From Camelus dromedarius (taxonomy: Eukaryota): a stretch of DNA of 62,000 nt. The notes under the pieces were generated by a model. It saw nothing but the letters and a program-made list of their open reading frames with translations. It was not told where the DNA came from and ran no database searches. This document shows, piece after piece, positions 1 to 12,900 of this stretch. Position numbers and translations under genes: made by a program. Positions within the stretch are counted from its first letter, which is position 1. Each line of letters begins with the position of its first letter. The stretch lies in assembly GCF_036321535.1 (NCBI RefSeq), contig NC_087437.1:9052001-9114000 (forward strand), read 5' to 3'.

Positions 1-1211
1 TACTCCCCAGCAGGGGCTTCGCTCAGTGGCAGAACCAAGCTGGTGGTGCTCTCTGACCAGCGAACTGTTTGGGCTGCAGATCTGCCTGATTCAGATCATC
101 AAACAAGGAGTTTCCCTGGCCCGAGAGCCTGGTTTGTCCACACCCAGGCAGGGGGCTGAGTCACAGGTGCACCCTCCGCGGAGAGTATCTTCTGGCCCCT
201 CCCGGCCAGACCAGCTGGAGAGAGCACCTGCCATGCTGTAAACAGCGACACTGGAGATGCAGGCAGGTGCGTGGAGCTAAGCCCGCCCAGAACAAAGCCA
301 GTACGGGGCCTGAAGGGTTCCCCTGCCAGGACCGGGCCAGGGGCTTAATTCATAGCCAAGACTGAGGGTAGCTCTTGGCCCCTCTCAATCAGGAAGCCTG
401 CTTGAAAACAATCAGGAATTGCTTGGAGTGACCCCTCTTACCCCTCCCAGGCAAGGGAGCTGCTACACAGCCCCACACACTGTGACTCCCTGGCCCCCCT
501 GGGCCAGAGGGCTGGTGAGGACACCCAGGAGCTGTGGCGCCAGCAAAGCTTAAGGCTGCAGTCAGGTGAGCAGAGTTGACTGGGCCCAGAGCAAGCTCAG
601 TACCAGGCAGGGAGTTTCCACTGTGACACTCAGGCAGGGGGAAGAAATTCCTACCTGAGGACGGGGGTAGCTAGCGCCTGACCCATTCCTGCTGAAACAC
701 GTATTTGGGAACTATTAGGTGAGGCCAGAGTGGACTTTCCTCCTCCATGCGGCCAAGGGAACTGAGAAATAGCGCTACCTGCGTGGAAGGGTGTCTCCCA
801 GCCGGACCCGTCTGGCCAGGAAGCTGTATAAGATGGCGATGTTCAAACCAAGACACGGGCAGACACAGCTGACAGTCTTCGGCCAGGGAAACTGAGGTGC
901 AGGTCAGCTTGAGTTCAGACAATAGAGGGCTTTATTGGCTTAAAAGCTGCTGCTTCTGCTACGTCTGGAAAGGGAAACATTCACATCCCTGTTCATTACT
1001 GAATGCAGCCTTCAGCTGCTCAAGTCAGGAACTAACCAAACCTTGTGGCACATGCTCTTGCCAGCCTGTCTGGCCAGGGGAGGCAGGAAGATACTCCCCA
1101 CAGCTTGTGGGAAGCTGCACAGCACATCCAACACCCTGTGACAGTGATACTTGGAGCGAGAGCACAGCCCCCTGGCTTTCCCCATTTGCAGAGCAGGTCG
1201 GATTGCCATGA

Positions 1212-1995
1212 GGTGCAGCCCCTATGGAAAACGGCATGGAGGTTCCTCAAAAAATTACACATAGAACTACCATGTGACTCAGCAGTTCCACTTCTGGGAA
1301 TATATTCAAAGGAAATAAAAGCATTAATTTAAAAGGCTATCTGCTCCTCTGTGTTCATAGCAGCATCATTAAACAGTCGACTAAGACATGGAAATCACCG
1401 AAGGAACTACGGATGGATGCATGGATAAAGAAGTTGTGGTAAATATGTGTATATAATGGAATGTTGTTTAGCCATAAAAAATGAGGGAATCTTACCATTT
1501 GTGACAACATGGATGGACCTTTGGACCTTGAAGGCATTATGCTAAGTCAAAAAAGTCAGACAGAGAAAGACAAATACTGTATGATCTCACCTATGTGAAA
1601 TCAAAAACCAAAAAACAAAAACAAAGCACACTAGACTTACAGAAAAAGGGATCAGATTTATGGTTCCCCGATACGGGGGAGAGGAGAGGAGAACTGGAGA
1701 CAGTTAGTCAAAAGTTACAAACGTCCAGTTAGAAGATGAAAAAGTACTAGGGATGTGACGTACAACGTGAAGACAACGGTCATCACTGCTGTGTGATGCA
1801 CTGGAAAGTTGTTAAGAGAGTAGACCCTAAGTGTTGTCATCTCAAGGAGAATTTTTTTTATTTTCTTTATTGTCTATATGAGATGAGGGGTAGACCAACT
1901 GTGGTCATCATTTCACAATATATTAAATCAAATGCATCATGCTGCACACCTTAAACTCATGGTGATATATGTCAATTAATTCTCAATTAACAAAA
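1212..1995 (+). mobile_element. 5'-truncated LINE-1 (ORF2 C-terminus + 3' UTR, L1MA9-like)
   Basis: Reads 'ggtgcagcccctatggaaaacggcatggaggttcctcaaaaaattacacatagaactaccatgtgactcagc', translating to KTAWRFLKKLHIELPCDSAVPLLGIY (L1 ORF2 C-terminus; ORF 1045..1332). A typical L1 3' UTR follows and ends 'gtcaattaattctcaattaacaaaa'. Confidence 0.93.
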
Positions 1996-2103
1996 TGTTA
2001 ATCGCATCTAAAAATACCTTCATAGCAGCATCTAGGCACCATTTGACCAGTCAGCTGTTCACCTAGCCTAGACAAGTGGACACAGAATGGAGCCATCAAC
2101 CAC
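1996..2103 (-). mobile_element. MLT2 (ERV-L) LTR 5' fragment
   Basis: 'aaataccttcatagcagcatctaggcaccatttgaccagtcagctg...gacaagtggacacagaatggagccatca' resembles the reverse complement of the MLT2 start, which is also seen at 51791. Confidence 0.6.
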
Positions 2104-2364
2104 GATCATGTCTTTTGATTTTAAGTGAGAGGTAAAGTTTACCATTTTTCAAAATGCATAAGCATTTTCCAACTATTTAGATAGAAGTACTTTACTCTGC
2201 AAATTTGGAGAAACTTCTTCGTCCATTTTTCTATATATTCAGTGATTTTAAAGCTATTTATTCCCAGCCATTGTTCTACTACTATGCCAATATCAAATCA
2301 TTATTTTTAACATGGGATAGGAAAGAGAACTGACACCTACTGAGAATAATCCATTAAAAATACA

Positions 2365-2510
2365 TTGTGTTCAATCCTCCTAAGAACGCACTGAAGAAAC
2401 GTTATGAGTATTACTTTACAGATGAGGAAACTGTAAAAGCCGAGAATTTTGCAATAATTTGCATCTGATAAATCAGCCCGGGCTTAGATAAGCGTCCGTC
2501 TGAACCCACG
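2365..2510 (-). mobile_element. MIR SINE fragment
   Basis: Core MIR motif 'ttactttacagatgaggaaactg'. Confidence 0.7.
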
Positions 2511-3539
2511 CCTGTTGGATTCAAAAATCCTTTTCTCTCTAGACGTTTCTCAATTCATACTCCTTCAGAACTATCTTTGCGAGTCTTCCCTGTTTAATTT
2601 TGCAGAAATATGGTTGCAGCTTACTTATATAGTAAGAGTTTTTCCGAAATTATTTTCCATAAGACTAAAACTTCTATTATATTTCTAGCAACAAACATAA
2701 GACTGAAACTCAGTCCATGCAAAAAGAGGGATGACAGAAGAATCCCCATAAACTTCATTTCAGTGAAACTCGGAGCGTATATGAGGTGTGGAGGCTTCCA
2801 ACGGCAGCTGAGAAAGTAGTCAGTTACCCAGGAATGGGTGGAGAGACAAAGCACAGTATGAGCAGAAGGATCCAGCAAGAGTACATCTCAGAAATTACCA
2901 AAGAAACACATTTCCTTTGGGGGAAATGTTGTTTTGAAACGCAAATGACGTATTTTTTAATTTACCAAATGGATTCAACGAATCGTGCAGAGAAGCCATC
3001 TATGCGGGAAGCAGTCTGAGTCAGTGGTGTCGCCAGGATGGCTATCCTGGGAACCTCCCTGCCGTCTCCCCACACCCCCGGAAATCCGACAAATAATGAC
3101 TCCATGAAAATCAACCGCATTCAGCAACTAGTAGGAGGGCTGGCACGGTACAAAGATGCTCTTTAAAAATGTAGAAAAGACTACCATGCTAACATAGATA
3201 AAGAATATTAACCAGAACAGCAGCATCATGGATCCATTAAAAATTGAAACCATATATGACAGAAAAGTCTGAAAAAAAATTAGTTTGGAAAAATCTAATT
3301 AATTGCCATGATTAGTAATAAAAAAGAGGTTCTGCTGTAGCATCACATAAAATTTCTCGAAAAGCAAAAATAAGTAGCAATGCTTACACAAAACAAAGAA
3401 GACCCACCACTACAGTATCACCATCGATCATTTTTAAAGCAATCGTGTTTTTGAAAAAGGTAAAATATCTCTAATTCACGCCATAAAAAAGCAATCAATC
3501 TATTATATAGAAATTCCTGAAAATCTGGAAGAAAAAGAC

Positions 3540-4640
3540 CAATAAAACTATGGAGAATTAAGATTGGCTAAAGATGTATTAGACATTTAGTGGACAAGGG
3601 GAAAATGCTGTTAAACATGTGAAAAGATGTTCAAACTCATTTGTAATAAGAGAAATGCACATCTAAACCACATTAAATTTGGTAGACTGACCACAACTGC
3701 CCCTGAAATGAATCACGCCTCCAGATGGTAATGATCTTGCGAGGTTCCCTCATTGGGGACCCTGGGCTGGGTCATGTGAGTCACCTTGCCATTAGGACAT
3801 CAGGAAATGTGAGGCACATTTGGAATGACCTCCTGGAATGTTGCTGCCACCCTGTGAGAATGCCCAGTGTGGCTTTCTTGGGAATGAAGGACCACAGGGA
3901 GAGACACGGCCAGCTCTCCGGGCTGTCCCAGCAGATCCAGTCCCAGCAGCCTTCCAGCTGAATGTAGCCCAATAAGGAAACCCAGAAAAAACCAGCAGAA
4001 CTGCCCAGCCAACCCACAGAATGATAAGCTGTAAGAAATTGTGGTTATTTCAAGTCAGCATTTTTGGGGGGGGCAGCACATAGAAATAGATGATCGATAC
4101 ACTGATACCATTTTCACTTATGGAATTGGTAGAAATCCAAAAGTTTCACAGTTCACTTTGGTGGTAAGCTGCGGGAAAAAGGACTCTCAGACACACCTAG
4201 TGGGGGAGTAAATTCATACCACCCCTCGTAGAAGGCAATCTGACATTTCAGAAGCTTATTCCCTCTGCCCAAAGATCACATACCTAGAGAATTATTCTAC
4301 AGATATATTGACGTAGGTGCAAAATTGTGTGTGTAATATATGTACAAGTATACTTACGCAGTACTTTGTGTAACAGCAAGGGGTAAAAATAACCTAAATG
4401 TTCTATTAATTGGAGTCAGATTAAATACACAATGGAATTATGATCCGTGAATTAATAAAAAGTGAGGAATCCGTCCATGTCGTTTTATGGAAAGAACTTA
4501 AAGGTATAACATTAAGTGATAAAAGTACGGGGTAAGTGGATGAAAATGGCAAGCCACACATCATGTATGAAATGAAGAAAAATAGAAATTTATGCCTCTA
4601 TGGTTGAATGGGCATTTTAAAAAACTCTGGAAGATAAACA
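3540..4640 (+). mobile_element. Old L1 (L1ME/L1MC-like) ORF2 3' fragment, split by an MLT1 LTR
   Basis: 'catgtgaaaagatgttcaaactcatttgtaataagagaaatgcacatctaaaccaca' resumes after 4101 as 'gataccattttcacttatggaattggtagaaatccaaaag', which is contiguous L1 consensus. Confidence 0.75.
3679..4101 (+). mobile_element. MLT1-family (MaLR) solo LTR
   Basis: Starts 'ttggtagactg', contains 'ccagcagaactgcccagccaacccacagaatgata' and ends 'gaaatagatgatcgataca'. It interrupts an L1. Confidence 0.8.
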
Positions 4641-4749
4641 AGTGTATCTGTGGTGCCGTGTGGGTGGGGCACTCGGGATTTGAGACAAGAATTTAATTTG
4701 TTCTGGTTATAAGAGGTGCAAAGGCAGTGCACATAGCATGCAAGACTAT

Positions 4750-5289
4750 GCCTCTGCCCACTCCCTCCCACCGAGTTAGCTATCAGATTCAGGATTTTGC
4801 CTCCCTATCCCAAGCAGGCAGTGCAGTCCTCTGCCAGGATTCACCGTGATCCCTTTGAGGTTTTAGTACGCACCAGCCCCAGGACTGCTTCCTCTCCCCA
4901 GAGCCAACGCCAGCACCTCTTTTTTGACAGGCTGCCTTTGTGCTGCTGGAACTGCGTTGGCTCAAACTGAGAGAGACCCAGAAATTCCTTCATTTAACCT
5001 GGGGCAGCCCCAAAACGATGATGACTAGTGGGTGCAAAAGTGTACATACCCTGGCTCCCTTGTTATTTAATTAGAACTTGAAAGGTATGACTTCCACCAC
5101 TATCCCATCTCCAGGGTCCCCTGGGCAGCTGAGACAATGACATCCTCCCCTGGCATTGCTTGCCATCCTTAACATCCTGTCCCACTTCCCTACTCCTTTA
5201 TCGGTTTTCCTTGATCACACTTACTAATGAATCATTGTTGCATGAGCACTTGTCTGAGGCTCTACTTCTCCATAATCCAATGAAAGACG
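4750..5289 (+). mobile_element. LTR16-like (ERV-L) solo LTR
   Basis: The 3' end 'aatgaatcattgttgcatgagcacttgtctgaggctctacttctccataatccaatgaaagac' and internal 'ctggggcagcccc...atgactagtgggtg' resemble LTR16. The 5' boundary is uncertain. Confidence 0.6.
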
Positions 5290-6103
5290 CCATCCATTAT
5301 TTCAGTAGGATGCCACTGATTCTCCAGTAAGTTGAAAAGGATGGAGATGGGCAGACTATTGAGGCTAGGACATAAAGGAGCAAATTATCAAGTATCAAAA
5401 TATATATATATACTTACATGATACCTTTGGACGTGCTCCTGGCACGTAGGATTGACCAAAAGCAAATAGGCTAGAAGCTTACCAGGTTACTGAAGGTATT
5501 TAAGAAGCCACAAGCCTGACCTTCAAAGCCTGCGGCTGTTTGACATCCAGAGCAACCCTGGGGCTGCGTAAGTGTCAAGAAGGGAATCCTCGCCAGTGCC
5601 CATTTCAGAGCTGGCCACGGAGTGCAAAATACAAGAAAAACTTCCAAGAGGAAGAACCTAGAATCATAGAAGAAAATGGTCCCCAAAATAAACCAGCAAG
5701 GACTAAACGTGCTAGACCAGGAACTTCATCTACTGGCAGGACTGAGAATGCTCCCAGTCCCTGCCCAGCAAGATGTCATAATTGCTATGAAGAGCAACCT
5801 GCTCTGTGTCCCCCATTCCAAACCTTCGCGAGAGGAAAGTTTTTATTAGAGACAGCCTCTGCCCACTTCATTCTCCGTCAATCTCTATCGGGTAGAGTAG
5901 GGATTAAGATTGAAGTAAAACACTTACATTTTAGTTTTTAGGTTGCAAGGCAACGAAGGGACACGCTCAGAATGAAAGGGAAGTACATCGTACAGCCCAA
6001 AGGTCTTAAACCTTGAGCTGCAGGTACATAACTAGATGGACTCCGGGGAGGAATGGATCATTCTATTCCTGAAGAAGCCGTAATGCATATAAGAAGGGTG
6101 AAC

Positions 6104-6540
6104 TGCGGAAGATGGTACTAGTTGTCCATTCGTATCTAGTCTTCTTCCATTCTCCCACTCTTCTACCTTTAGTAACAGAACCCTCATACTTGAAGGGGGA
6201 TGTGGGTTTAATATGACCTCCCATCTAAGACATCTCCCAGCCTCCTTTGCTGAAAGGTGTGGCCATGTGAGTTCTGACTAAAAATTCTGACCAAAAGCAT
6301 TTGAATAGAAACAATGAGCTTGACCTTCGGTTTATGCCCTCAAGGAAAATAGCAGTGCCTCCGTTTGTCCTTGTCTCTTCTTTTGGCAGCTAGAATGTGC
6401 TTGTGGTAGTGAGAGCACGGCCATACCAGACCTGGACTACTTAGGATCAGGTTACAGGAGAGAGAAATGCACCGACTTTTGGTAAACCATTTTTATCCGG
6501 GCCTTTGATTTGGCTACTTCGGTTGTATCCTAAGGAATAA
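6104..6540 (+). mobile_element. MLT1J/K-like MaLR LTR
   Basis: 'cctttagtaacagaaccc' and 'catctcccagcctcctttgctgaaaggtgtggccatgtgagttctgac' are MLT1 hallmarks. Confidence 0.7.
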
Positions 6541-6859
6541 TGAGAAGAATCGATTTGCAGGCACTCCTGAGTTTGACCTTGTAGTAACACCTGATTCACC
6601 TTCTTGTATTTAGCCAGGTAAGTATTAGTTGTAAATGGACTTCAAGTTCTCTGACCTCCCAGACCCAACACTAGCAGGGATCTGCATCCTTTTAGCCTCT
6701 GTGATCCTAGGAAGACAAAAAAGACTTGCATCAGCCACTTTAGGCTGTTGGACAAGGCTGCCTGGGACAGACTTCCCACTTACCATAATAAACCACCATC
6801 GTGAGTTTCATAATGATAAAGTATTTAATGTTTCTAAGTTCTTTCTTTATATTTTCTTT

Positions 6860-7010
6860 TTCAATCCTAATAACATCCTATGAGGTATGTGCTATTATTA
6901 TTTCTATTTTCAGATGGGAAAATTAAGCAGAGAGGTAAGTAACAGCTGGGATTAGAATCCAAGCAATCTAACTCAATATTCTGGCCTTGTAAACAACCGT
7001 TCTCTACCCC
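6860..7010 (-). mobile_element. MIR SINE fragment
   Basis: 'tcctaataacatcctatgaggtatgtgctattattatttctattttcagatgggaaaattaagcagagaggtaagtaac'. Confidence 0.8.
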
Positions 7011-7726
7011 TAGCAAATGTTCTATCAAATATATTCCAACAACTTGTAAGAAAGGCTTATTTTCCAAACTTATGTGTCCAGATTAAATAATAGACACTAA
7101 GGAGGATCATTAGCGATATTTCAAAACCCATGCTTAGGACCCAGGGATTTAAATATCTACATTTGTTTGGAAAGCCACATGTTTACAGATGAATTACAGG
7201 GAGTGAGTATGGATATACATAAGTTTTGGGGTTTGTTTATTTGGGCTTGAGTTGTAGGGTCCTTTAACCCGGATTCTGTTCCAAAGAGGTGGTAAACAGA
7301 GTCGGACTTCAATAAAAAATAGTGCTAAGTTTGGTTCCATCCTTCCTCAGAAAGTACATTATCCCTGCAATCTGATTTTCTCTTAAAGTTCAGATCTCCA
7401 GCCTCCTATGAGGGACGACTCCTGCTCCGTGGCTCCCCTGACCATCCCCAGCACAGAAGGCCAGCTGCCCCTACTCAGGGGAAAGTAAAAAGGTGTATTA
7501 AATTGAATGGACCATTGGGCCTTAAAGTGATGGTCCAGTTTAGAATCAATGAGAGAGTCAGGAAAAGAGACAAAGAATCATGAAACTAGATAAGCAAAGC
7601 ACATGGAATTCGATTTCTCCTGGGAGAGGAAACATAACGATAATTCCAAAAAGGTTCTAAAGAGTAGCTGAAAAAAACCCCAAGCAAAGTTGAGAATAGG
7701 AGTATACATTAAAAGTAAATATCTTT

Positions 7727-7843
7727 CGAGAGAGGGTATAGCTCAGTGTTAGAGCACATGCTTAGCACCCCAAGGTCCTGGGTTCAATCCCCAGTACCTC
7801 CATTAAAAATAAATAAATAAACCTAATGACCTCCTCCTGCAAA

Positions 7844-7891
<48 letters not shown>

Positions 7892-7906
7892 AAAAGTTTT
7901 TTAAAG
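7727..7906 (+). mobile_element. tRNA-Ala-derived SINE (camelid vic-1 type)
   Basis: Head 'gagggtatagctcagtgttagagc...ggtcctgggttcaatccccagtacctcca' with A/B boxes and a (TAAA)n tail. Flanked by 15-bp TSDs aaagtaaatatcttt (7712-7726) and aaagcaaatgtcttt (7907-7921). Confidence 0.95.
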
Positions 7907-8971
7907 AAAGCAAATGTCTTTTAATGCGTAAACTCACTGAAATGTCAAATGTACATTAATTATCTAGGCCTTACTCTGATGAGGTCCTATTTTTAATTCT
8001 TTTGTCAGACAGCAAAAGTTAGCAGCCCCAGCAGGAAGCCATCAGATGTGTAGCAGACAGGGAGACTTGGCAGGCAGGCAGGGAGACTTTGGCCAAGCCA
8101 ATACTCAACCACTTAAGGAAATGTAAAACTTAAGACTGTCCAGAGTAAGTTCCGGAACTCAAGGCCTGGCAGATTCAGGCCCCAAGGACAAATTTTCCCT
8201 TACACATGCATGGATATGACTCTTTGGAAGCTGAGCTAATTTAATGCAGGTTTATATGCTTGATAGTTTGCTTTCCTCCCATAAAACCTTTAACTTAATA
8301 ATAGGAAGTACTTTCTTTGGTTCTGGCAATATATATCACAAAGAATTCTGCAACTATCTATTTTTCTTTCTTATTCAACACACTATTTCAGCTACAAAGA
8401 CTCTTACCTGAACAAAATGCACCTGCAAGAGATGGCTTAATTTCCCAAGTTGCTTGAGAAAGTGTAGAGAGACTTGCAAACTTCAGGGGATAACATTTAG
8501 ACAGTTCAGGGTCAGCCTTGGGTATATGACTCTGGGGAACTGACTGCCTAAGGAAACCTAGCTACATCTGGCTCTAATGTTTACATGTAAATAACTGCCC
8601 ATTTCACAGGAGACAGGGAACGCTGAGTCCTGGAAAGCTCTGCTTTGAATGTTTTTAGGTAAGATAATGCCCCAGAAATGATTCTTAAGTAGATGTCCTG
8701 AATATACCTTGTCCATCAGACAATAGCTGTTTGGATTGGGACTCCAGGAGACGTGTGTCGTTGCTGGAGGTAATGGAGCTGTGTGACCCAGAAAGCGACA
8801 TGTGCTCTCTGGACACCCCTCTTAGCTCTGAAATGAGTGAGAATGACTTGAGAGTCACTAATGATACTAGGAAACCAATACTTGATAATTTGAAAATTCA
8901 ATGTCCTAAAAAGAGGGGGGCTTTGGAAAAGGCTCTCCTAATCCCCGAAGGAAAAATTGAGCTATAGATTG

Positions 8972-9588
8972 ATACCTCGAGAGGGAACCCTAATTTGAAA
9001 CAATATGTGCACCCCAATGTTCATAGCAGCACTACATGCAACAGCCAAGACATGGAAACAACCTAAATGTCCATCGACAGATGACTGAATAAAGAAGTTG
9101 TGGTATATTTATACAATGGAATGCTACTTGGCCATAAAAAAGAATAAAATAATGCCATTTGCAGCAACATAGATGGACCTAGAGATCATCATATTAAGTG
9201 AACTCAGCCAGAAAGAGAAAGAAAAATACCATATGATATCATTCATATGTGGAATCTTAGAAAAAAAGAAAACAAAAAAGAGGACACTAAATGAACTCAT
9301 CTAGAAAACAGAAACAGACTTGCAGATATGGTAAACAATCTTATGGAAAGGGGGTGGGAAGGGATAAATTTGGGAGTTTGAGATTTGCAAATGATAACCA
9401 CTCTATATAAAACTAAAAAACAAATTTCTTCTGTATAGCACAGGGAACTATATTCAATATCTTATAATAGCCTTTAATGAAAAAGAATATGAAAACAAAT
9501 ATATGTATATATATATATATGCATGACTGAAACATTATGCTGTACACCAGAAGTTGATACATTGTACCCAAATATACTTCAAAAAAAA
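8972..9588 (+). mobile_element. 5'-truncated lineage-specific L1 (ORF2 end + 3' UTR + polyA)
   Basis: 'gcaccccaatgttcatagcagcactac...aacctaaatgtccatcgacagatgactgaataaagaag', a G-rich 3' UTR tract, and an end at 'tacttcaaaaaaaa'. Confidence 0.93.
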
Positions 9589-9860
9589 GGCACCTAGTGA
9601 CTTTTAATGTAATTTTATAAATTTTAAAAAAAGATACCGATTGTTTATCTCCACATGTACGCTTTCTCAAAACATTAAAACTACTGCTCCACATTTTTAA
9701 GCTTTGTTTTATTCTTGTGCAAGACACATTTAATGTCCTGTTTTCAAATGATGTCCTTTCCTACTGTACACTTCATTTTGCTTTTACTCAGTAACCTTCA
9801 ATAGGAAGTATCTCAATCTGTAATGGATATTTTAAATAAATATTCTGGGAAGTCCTTAGA

Positions 9861-9932
9861 CCAGTGCTGCCCATAGAGCTTTTTGAGATGATGAAAACGC
9901 TCTGATTCTGTGCCGTCCAGTACAGTATCCAC
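9861..9932 (+). mobile_element. MER3-like hAT-Charlie fragment
   Basis: 'ccagtgctgcccatagagctttttgagatgatgaaaacgctctgattctgtgccgtccagtacagtatccac' resembles the MER3 start. Confidence 0.65.
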
Positions 9933-12900
9933 AACTGGGATTATGCTTCTAATGTTAAATACTGTGATTGTACAGAAACGTTTCATGGTTAACCTTGACT
10001 CCTTGCAAAGTCAAGTTGCTGAGTCAAGCTGATTCTTTGACTCATAGGAAGTGAACAGGAAGGAGGAGAGACACCTGGAGCAGACACAATGCCATTGCCC
10101 ACTTCCATTGTAAGAGGAAGAGTAACCTCAGAGCTGTCTCAGGATGTACTGAGATTTTTTTTTATTGGGAGACACATAAACTAAATGACCTTACACAAGG
10201 CAACATTCGAACCAAGTAAATATGCAAGAGCAAGTGTGATGTTTCTCCTAGCAATTTACTGGAAAAAAAAAATTTAATATGGCCATCAAAGTTGAGATTG
10301 ACAACTGACCAGTGCTTTGAAGGAAAAGACAGTTTACTTGCAACTAGCGCAGGATTTACTGAACTAATAAAAGGACCACGTTATTATTCATTCTATTTGG
10401 TTGTTGTTGCTCTTTGTGTTCTTTGCTTGTTGGAATTTCCCAGTACAGATCTTCTTAATGCTAAATTTCACAAATTCTTTTTATCATTTGAAATAGGAAC
10501 ACTGATATTTGAAAGACCAATAAGTAATTTCAAAGTGTGTCTCTTTGTCTTCATGAATTTCCTTCCTTCAGGCTGTCAATGCATAAACTCCTCTGTGTTA
10601 TACCAGTTAGTGGGGAGCATCATTAGTTGATGTTGATCCTAAGTAATAAAAAAGTTTAGAAAGAGCTTCACAGTTTGTTTGAAGCATCGATGATAGAGAT
10701 ACACAGAGAAAATCAATGGGTCACAACTCCACCTCTTATGTGAAGCTCTAAGCCGAGGGAGAGCAAGAACAAGACAGAAAAGGGGAATGAAAAGGAAACT
10801 GAGCTGAAGTCTCAACAGTCAGACAGATGTACCACCCGCCCCACATGCGGTCCTCCCTGTCTTCTAGAGCAAAGGCCCCCCAAGGTACTGAGTTGGGGAG
10901 AGGCTACGCCGATCACAGGGAGAGATGCTCGCCCTCATTTACTCACATGGGGCATTTTGAGGCTCTAGCTGCTCCCGCAGGGATGTGTACCCGTGGTTAT
11001 ATGAGTCATTTAAAAACGTTCCCGACAGCAAGTTCAAGGTCAAATGGTCTGGGGATCTCTCCTTCTCCGACAAGGCGTGGCTGAAGGGGAGGCAAGAGAA
11101 TTTCAATAAATAATTTACATGAATTCATGCACATGACTCACTCTGGCACAACCACATTGAAGTCAGCAGGGGGAGATCAGCGTTTATTGCCAAGACTGCA
11201 TCTTTGCTGCGGTTCTGTGATTTAAAACGTTTTCTCTCATTTTGATTTTTTTCTACGACAGTATCTTAGACCCTCTTTTCAGAGAACAGCCCCAGTCATC
11301 ATCCAAGCCACTTCCTCACATACAGTTCTGTCTTTCTATGCATCATTGCCCCTCAAAACCCATCAGTAAAAACCCACGATTTTTGATGCGTCATGTCTGT
11401 TCTTCCTTGCTTCTCTGCCATCCCACTAGCAACTGGGTCACATAGTTTTTTGAGTTGGGGGTTCTTAATGGATTTATCTCTAGCCCCAAAGGAAGGCCAC
11501 TTACCTATTCACCGGTGCCCATAAAAGTCCTTATTCAGATCTGCCCCTTTTATCTCAATAAGACAGCCAATCTGTTCATTTCACACGACAAGAAATGAAA
11601 CCCAAACACAAGCTTTGGTGCTCAACTTAATGGACCATTTTAAAATTCTACCCTTGCCAAACCTTGTTCCAGATCTGAGGTCATGCAGCCTAGGGAGAGT
11701 TTTGTTTCCTTTCTCCCCCTCTCTCTGTCTTTCTCCCCACCCTCCTCTCTCTTTTCTTTTTGTACTTCTTGTAGGACTGCAATTGAGCAAACAGCCTCAA
11801 TGAAGCCAAGGCAGCCAGGAGGAAGGGCGTGGGGCAGCCTGGGGGAAGTCCTAAGAAGAGAGGCTATCTGAAAATCTGAAACTACCAAAGCAAGGAAACC
11901 ATTAGCCCCCACACACATCCACGGACACCAAATATCTGCAGAGTAATAGGTAAAGTAGGAATCAGATGGAGTAGCTTTCTGGTATATTTGGACCGACTAG
12001 GCTTGGTGTAAATTTTTGAAATTGTCTTGTTAATCTGTTTCTAAAATATAGAAGTATTTGCAATCAGTTAAAAAAAAAAAGAGCAAGAATGTTCCCCCAG
12101 TTCAGATTTTTATAAACCTCCTCTCAGCAGCATGAACACCTCTTCCAGACTCTCAACAACTTCAGTTCCTTCTAACCAGACAACCAGGCAGATTCGTCCT
12201 CCAATCTCAGATATACCCACTGTGTGGGAAGTCTGCAAAGTGTTTACCTTTGTGAGACATTTAAGAATTTCCAAGACAAGAACACCGTCTAGGCTGAAAT
12301 CAGCAAGTCCACCCTCATATTCAATTTGTATGTTTAATATTTTTTGAGTTTGATGTCATAGTTAACACATTAATACATTTCCTCGTCCCCTTGTTCATGA
12401 AACTTAAAATCAGATAATCCAAACCTCAGTGAGTCTCAGCTGCAACCTTCAGTGAGGTCGATAGATTTTGGAAATTTTAAGCTGCAGTTTCACCCCTTGG
12501 TATCTCCTCACCAAAATAAAACGCTTCTCCCACCCTGCTTGTCTGATCAAATTTTAGGAATTCCCACTCTGAATACTCTGACTTTTCTGTATTCCTGCTG
12601 GGCTTTTCAGCAACAGGGAAGGGGAAAGAATATTTCCATGGTCTAGAAGATTCAGAAACGTCATTTGCTCTGAAGGTGTGCTCTATAGGCCGGTGATGAT
12701 AAATGCCATCTGGTCTCCAGTGTGCTCCTTCTGAATGTATCATTGTGTCTAATCAGAGCCCGTGTGAACTCCAAGTGATTCTGCTCTGTTTGTTGGGAAT
12801 AATTTATGGAGTTGCCCACTTGGAGATTCAGAGGGAGATTGTTGCCTGTGCACAAAAGAGGAGTAGCCAGGAGTGCCGCTCAATGTGGAAGATTTTTCTT

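Noticed and set aside
1..1200. GC-richer start of the window as a CpG island or coding region
   Set aside because: CpG is still depleted relative to GpC, and I found no coherent exon or recognisable peptide.
6561..6623. Possible 57-nt exon with perfect donor CAG|GTAAGT
   Set aside because: The polypyrimidine tract is weak and all three frames contain stops. An isolated consensus donor is expected by chance.
7727..7803. tRNA-Ala genes (here and at 32380, 41127, 47495, 54708)
   Set aside because: Each has an A-rich SINE tail, several have TSDs, all have stem mismatches, and none has an immediate oligo-T terminator. They are SINE copies.
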